35,303 nt of DNA. Source: Octopus bimaculoides (taxonomy: Eukaryota). The notes beneath the pieces are model-generated. The model was given only the letters and a program-made list of their open reading frames with translations, did no database searches and was not told the origin of the DNA. The DNA lies in the NCBI RefSeq assembly GCF_001194135.2, contig NC_068992.1, positions 40,585,805-40,621,107 of the forward strand, given 5' to 3'. Below are positions 32,200 to 35,303 of the stretch, in pieces. How positions within the stretch are numbered: the first letter of the stretch is position 1; every line of letters starts with the position of its first letter. Position numbers and translations under genes: made by a program.

Positions 32200-32249
32200 C
32201 ATTGCCACGCCTGTCAAAATGCTTAGCAGCATTTCATCTTCCTTTACCT

Positions 32250-33100
32250 TCATCATCATCATCTTCTTCATCATCCTTTAGCATCCATTGTCCATGCTGG
32301 CATGGGTTGGTAAGCTGAGAGACTGTACTAGACTCTAGACTGATTTGGCATGGTTTTCTATGGCTAGATGCACATCCTTACGCCAACTACTCTGAGAAGT
32401 TAATGGGTGCTTTTGCATGCCACTAGTATGGGTGCCAGTTGCATAGCATCAGTATCTCCCATGACTATGATTTCATCTGGCTTGATGGGTTTTCTTCTCA
32501 AGCACAGCATATTGTCTAAAGTCTTGGTCATTTGTCATTGCCTCCGTGAGGCCCAATGCTTGAAATGTGCTTTTTAAGTGTCACCTGCACGAGTGCTAGT
32601 TATACGACACCGGCATCGGCCACAGTGCCTCCATGAGGCCTAACACTCAAAAGGTGTTATTTTATGTGCCACCAGCTCAGGTGCCAGTTATGTTACACCG
32701 ACAATGGCCACGACTATGATCTCACTTGGCTTGATGGATCTTCTTCTTGAGCACGGCATCTCGCCAAAGATCTCAGTCACTTGTTATTGCCTCCGTGAGG
32801 CCTAACATGTGAAGATCATGTTTCACCACCATGTCCCATGTCATCCACACCTTCATCATCATCGTCGTCATCATCATCGTCGTCATCATCATCATCGTCG
32901 TCATCATCATCATTTACCATCCGCTTTCCATGCTGGCATGGGTTGGATGGTTTGATTGGGGACTGCCAAGCCAGAAGGCTGCATCAGGCTCCAACCTGAT
33001 CTGGCAAGGTTTCTACAGCTGGATGCTCTTTCTAACGCCAACCACTCTGAGAGCGTAGTGGATGCTTTTTACGTGACACTGGCACGAGGGCCAGTCAGTT
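32250..33100 (-). mobile_element. two adjacent RTE-LINE 3'-end (family C) copies with (CAT)n tails on + and internally duplicated blocks
   Basis: ccatgctggcatgggttgg, tttctacagctggatgc..ttctaacgccaaccac, and the repeated gtcattgcctccgtgaggccc block. Confidence 0.8.
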
Positions 33101-33260
33101 GAGTTCAAATTCTGTTGAGGTCAACTTTGCCTTATATCCTTCTAGGAGGTCAATAAATTAAGTACCAGTTGAATATTGGGGTTGATGTAATCAACCGAAC
33201 CCACTCCCTGCAAAAAAAGAAGTAAAATTCCAGGCCTTGTGCCTATAGTAGAAAAGATAT
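33095..33260 (+). mobile_element. 5'-truncated SINE family A
   Basis: gagttcaaattctgttgaggtcaactttgcc...ggccttgtgcctatagtagaaaaga. Confidence 0.8.
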
Positions 33261-33371
33261 TGTACATAACATTAATGATCCCATTCAAAGTTAAACTCTT
33301 TTGGTACCAACTTGTTTGTGATTATCCCTAGTTCTGTGATACAACTGGAAATAACATGGTTTTAAGGACAT

Positions 33372-33599
33372 TTAATCCGTTAGCATTCAGATTAATCCGT
33401 CAAATGTAATCCTTATTTATTCAAATTGTTTTGAGTTAATCCTTCATTATCTTTTAGTTTTGAGACTTTGGTGATGTGATTGTTTATTTTTAGAATGACA
33501 TTGTAGAGTAGGTGTGAAGGGTCAGATCTGGCCAGTTTGAGCATAAAACAGGGAGAATATTTGGGTTGGATATGGGTGATTTATATACTAAAAGGTTAA
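33372..33599. mobile_element. TTAA-flanked piggyBac-type MITE (degenerate)
   Basis: TTAA at 33372-33375 and 33596-33599; degenerate TIRs tccgttagcattcagatta / tgatttatatactaaaagg. Confidence 0.45.
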
Positions 33600-33659
33600 G
33601 CATTAGAATGGAATTCCTAAAGCCTGAACATGCTTTGGTTCCAACCCACTTGGTACCAA

Positions 33660-33790
33660 CCCTGGTTCCCATTTTGAATGATCTAAATTGAAACCTTCCA
33701 TCAAAATCTTGTGTTAGTTTGTGTTCCAAACATAATGCTCAATAATGACAAAGTTATTTTAATAAATATTTCAGAAACTATGACCACAGT
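33660..33790. repeat. interspersed repeat also present inverted at ~21600-21700 and partially at ~33945-33970
   Basis: Shared block ttttgat(g/a)ga(a/g)ggtttc(a/t)atttagat. Family unassigned. Confidence 0.55.
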
Positions 33791-34029
33791 CCAGTGACTG
33801 AAACTATTAAAAGGAAAAAAAAAAAAAGGATAACAAAAGAATTAAATATTGTATGACGCTCTCGGGCTATGTGTTCTGTAATTCATATAGGACCGCAACT
33901 TGTTCTGTGATTTATACTTTCTGCTTTAAAATTATATAAATTAAAGCCTTCCATCAAAATTTCATGTTGACCATCTTCCCCTTTGCAAAAGAGAGTGAAC
34001 TCTTCTACAAGAAGGGAGGCTGTAGGAGA

Positions 34030-34200
34030 GTTGGTGGTGGTGATGGTGGATAAAAAGAAATGACATGACATGCTGGCATGGGTTGGACGGTTTGATAGTG
34101 TTGGAGAGTTGGCAAGGTCGGAGAACTATGCAAGGCTCCACTTGTCTGTTTTGGCATGGTTTATATGGTTGGATGTTCTTCCTAACACCAACCACTGTTC
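34030..34200 (-). mobile_element. short family C (RTE 3' UTR) fragment
   Basis: catgctggcatgggttggacggtttga...ggatgttcttcctaacaccaaccac. Confidence 0.75.
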
Positions 34201-34301
34201 CACATACTGGACACTAGCAAGCTGATGGCATCATCAGGAGGGAATGAGAACTGTTTTGGTGTCTTCCTATTGATTGAGGTCCTGCTTGCTAGATCTACTG
34301 G

Positions 34302-34342
<41 letters not shown>

Positions 34343-34412
34343 AATATATATATGTATATGTATCTATACATATATATATATATATATATGTGTGTATATA
34401 TATGTGTGTGTA

Positions 34413-35220
34413 TCATCATCATCATCATTTAACGTCCGCTTTCCATGCAAGCATGGGTTGGACGATTTGACTGAGGACTGGTGAAACCGGATGGCAATAC
34501 CAGCTTCCAATCTGATTTGGCAGAGTTTCTACAGCTGGATGCCCTTCCTAATGCCAAGCACTCAGAGAGTGTAGTGGGTGCTTTTACGTGTCACCCGCAC
34601 GAAGGCCAGTCAGGCGGTACTGGCAACGGCCACGCTCAAAATGGTGCATTTTATGTGCCACCTGCACAAGAGCCAGTCCAGGGGCACTGGCAACGATCTC
34701 GCTCGAAAATCCTTACACATGTCACGGGCACAAGTGCCAGAAAGGCGACGCTGGGCACAGGTGCTATCCCGATTTCGCTATTCATTTGCCCCAATAAGTC
34801 TTCGCAAGCTGAGTTTCATGTCCAATGAAGGAGACGACATTGGCACGGGTGGCAGAAGTCGAATTTAGTTCGATTTCACTTGCCTCAGCAAGTCTTCACA
34901 AGCAGAGTTTAGTGTCCAATGTAGGAAAGGTACTCATGAGTGGGCTGGCTACACCCCTGGCAGAGGCCTTGGATTTAGGTCTCACTTGGCTTGCCAAGTC
35001 TTCTCAAGCACAGCACATTTCCAAAGGTCTCGATTAGAAGTCATCGCCTCGGTGAGGCCCAATGTTCAAAGGTCTTGCCTCACCACCTCAGCCCAGGTCT
35101 TCCTGGGCCTACCTCTTCCACGGGTTCCCTCAACTGTTAGGGTGTGGTACTTTTTCACGCAGCTATCCTCGTCCATTCTCACCACATGTCCATACCAGCG
35201 CAATCGCCTCTCTTGCACAG
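34413..35220 (-). mobile_element. 5'-truncated RTE-clade LINE: ORF C-terminus (35219-34982), ~560-bp 3' UTR and (GAT)n tail
   Basis: Minus translation VQERRLRWYGHVVRMDEDSCVKKYHTLTVEGTRGRGRPRKTWAEVVRQDL*TLGLTEAMTSNRDLWKCAVLEKTWQAK*. The LRWxGHVxRM and RGRPRKTW motifs are typical of RTE. The internal TGA at 35066-35068 is consistent with CGA deamination. Confidence 0.9.
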
Positions 35221-35303
35221 GTATGGACATGTGGTGAGAATGGACGAGTAACTAAAAGGCTAATGGCAGTTAACAGTAAATCAAATTCAGTTTTTAGAAA
35301 AAG

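Overview
Eukaryotic, repeat-dense, AT-rich draft-assembly scaffold with ten N gaps (about 4.4 kb in total). The SINE and LINE families suggest a coleoid cephalopod, most likely Octopus (inference from remembered repeat consensus sequences). One protein-coding gene is well supported: a four-exon KLHL10-like BTB-BACK-6xKelch gene on the + strand. Its CDS is 9506-10757, 14319-14510, 19756-19875 and 28432-28595 (1728 nt, 575 aa), with all GT-AG introns in phase 1. The rest is mostly mobile DNA: two tRNA-derived SINE families, 3' ends of RTE-clade LINEs, R4/Dong-like RLE-LINE fragments in (TAA)n tracts, a rearranged mariner, hAT, Tc1-like and piggyBac-like MITEs, a short LTR-like element nested in a SINE, and many micro- and minisatellites. 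Most entries in the ORF track are microsatellite or N-gap artefacts. No prokaryote-type system and no CRISPR array is present. The best second-look candidates are: (i) phase-compatible 23-26 nt micro-exon-like segments on the - strand on both sides of KLHL10, hinting at a nested-gene arrangement; (ii) a minimal, dimer-type hammerhead ribozyme motif; (iii) a CRE plus MYB-like motif pair just upstream of the KLHL10 ATG; (iv) two TSD-bounded nested or composite insertions. All are hypotheses from manual reading and were not confirmed by any search.
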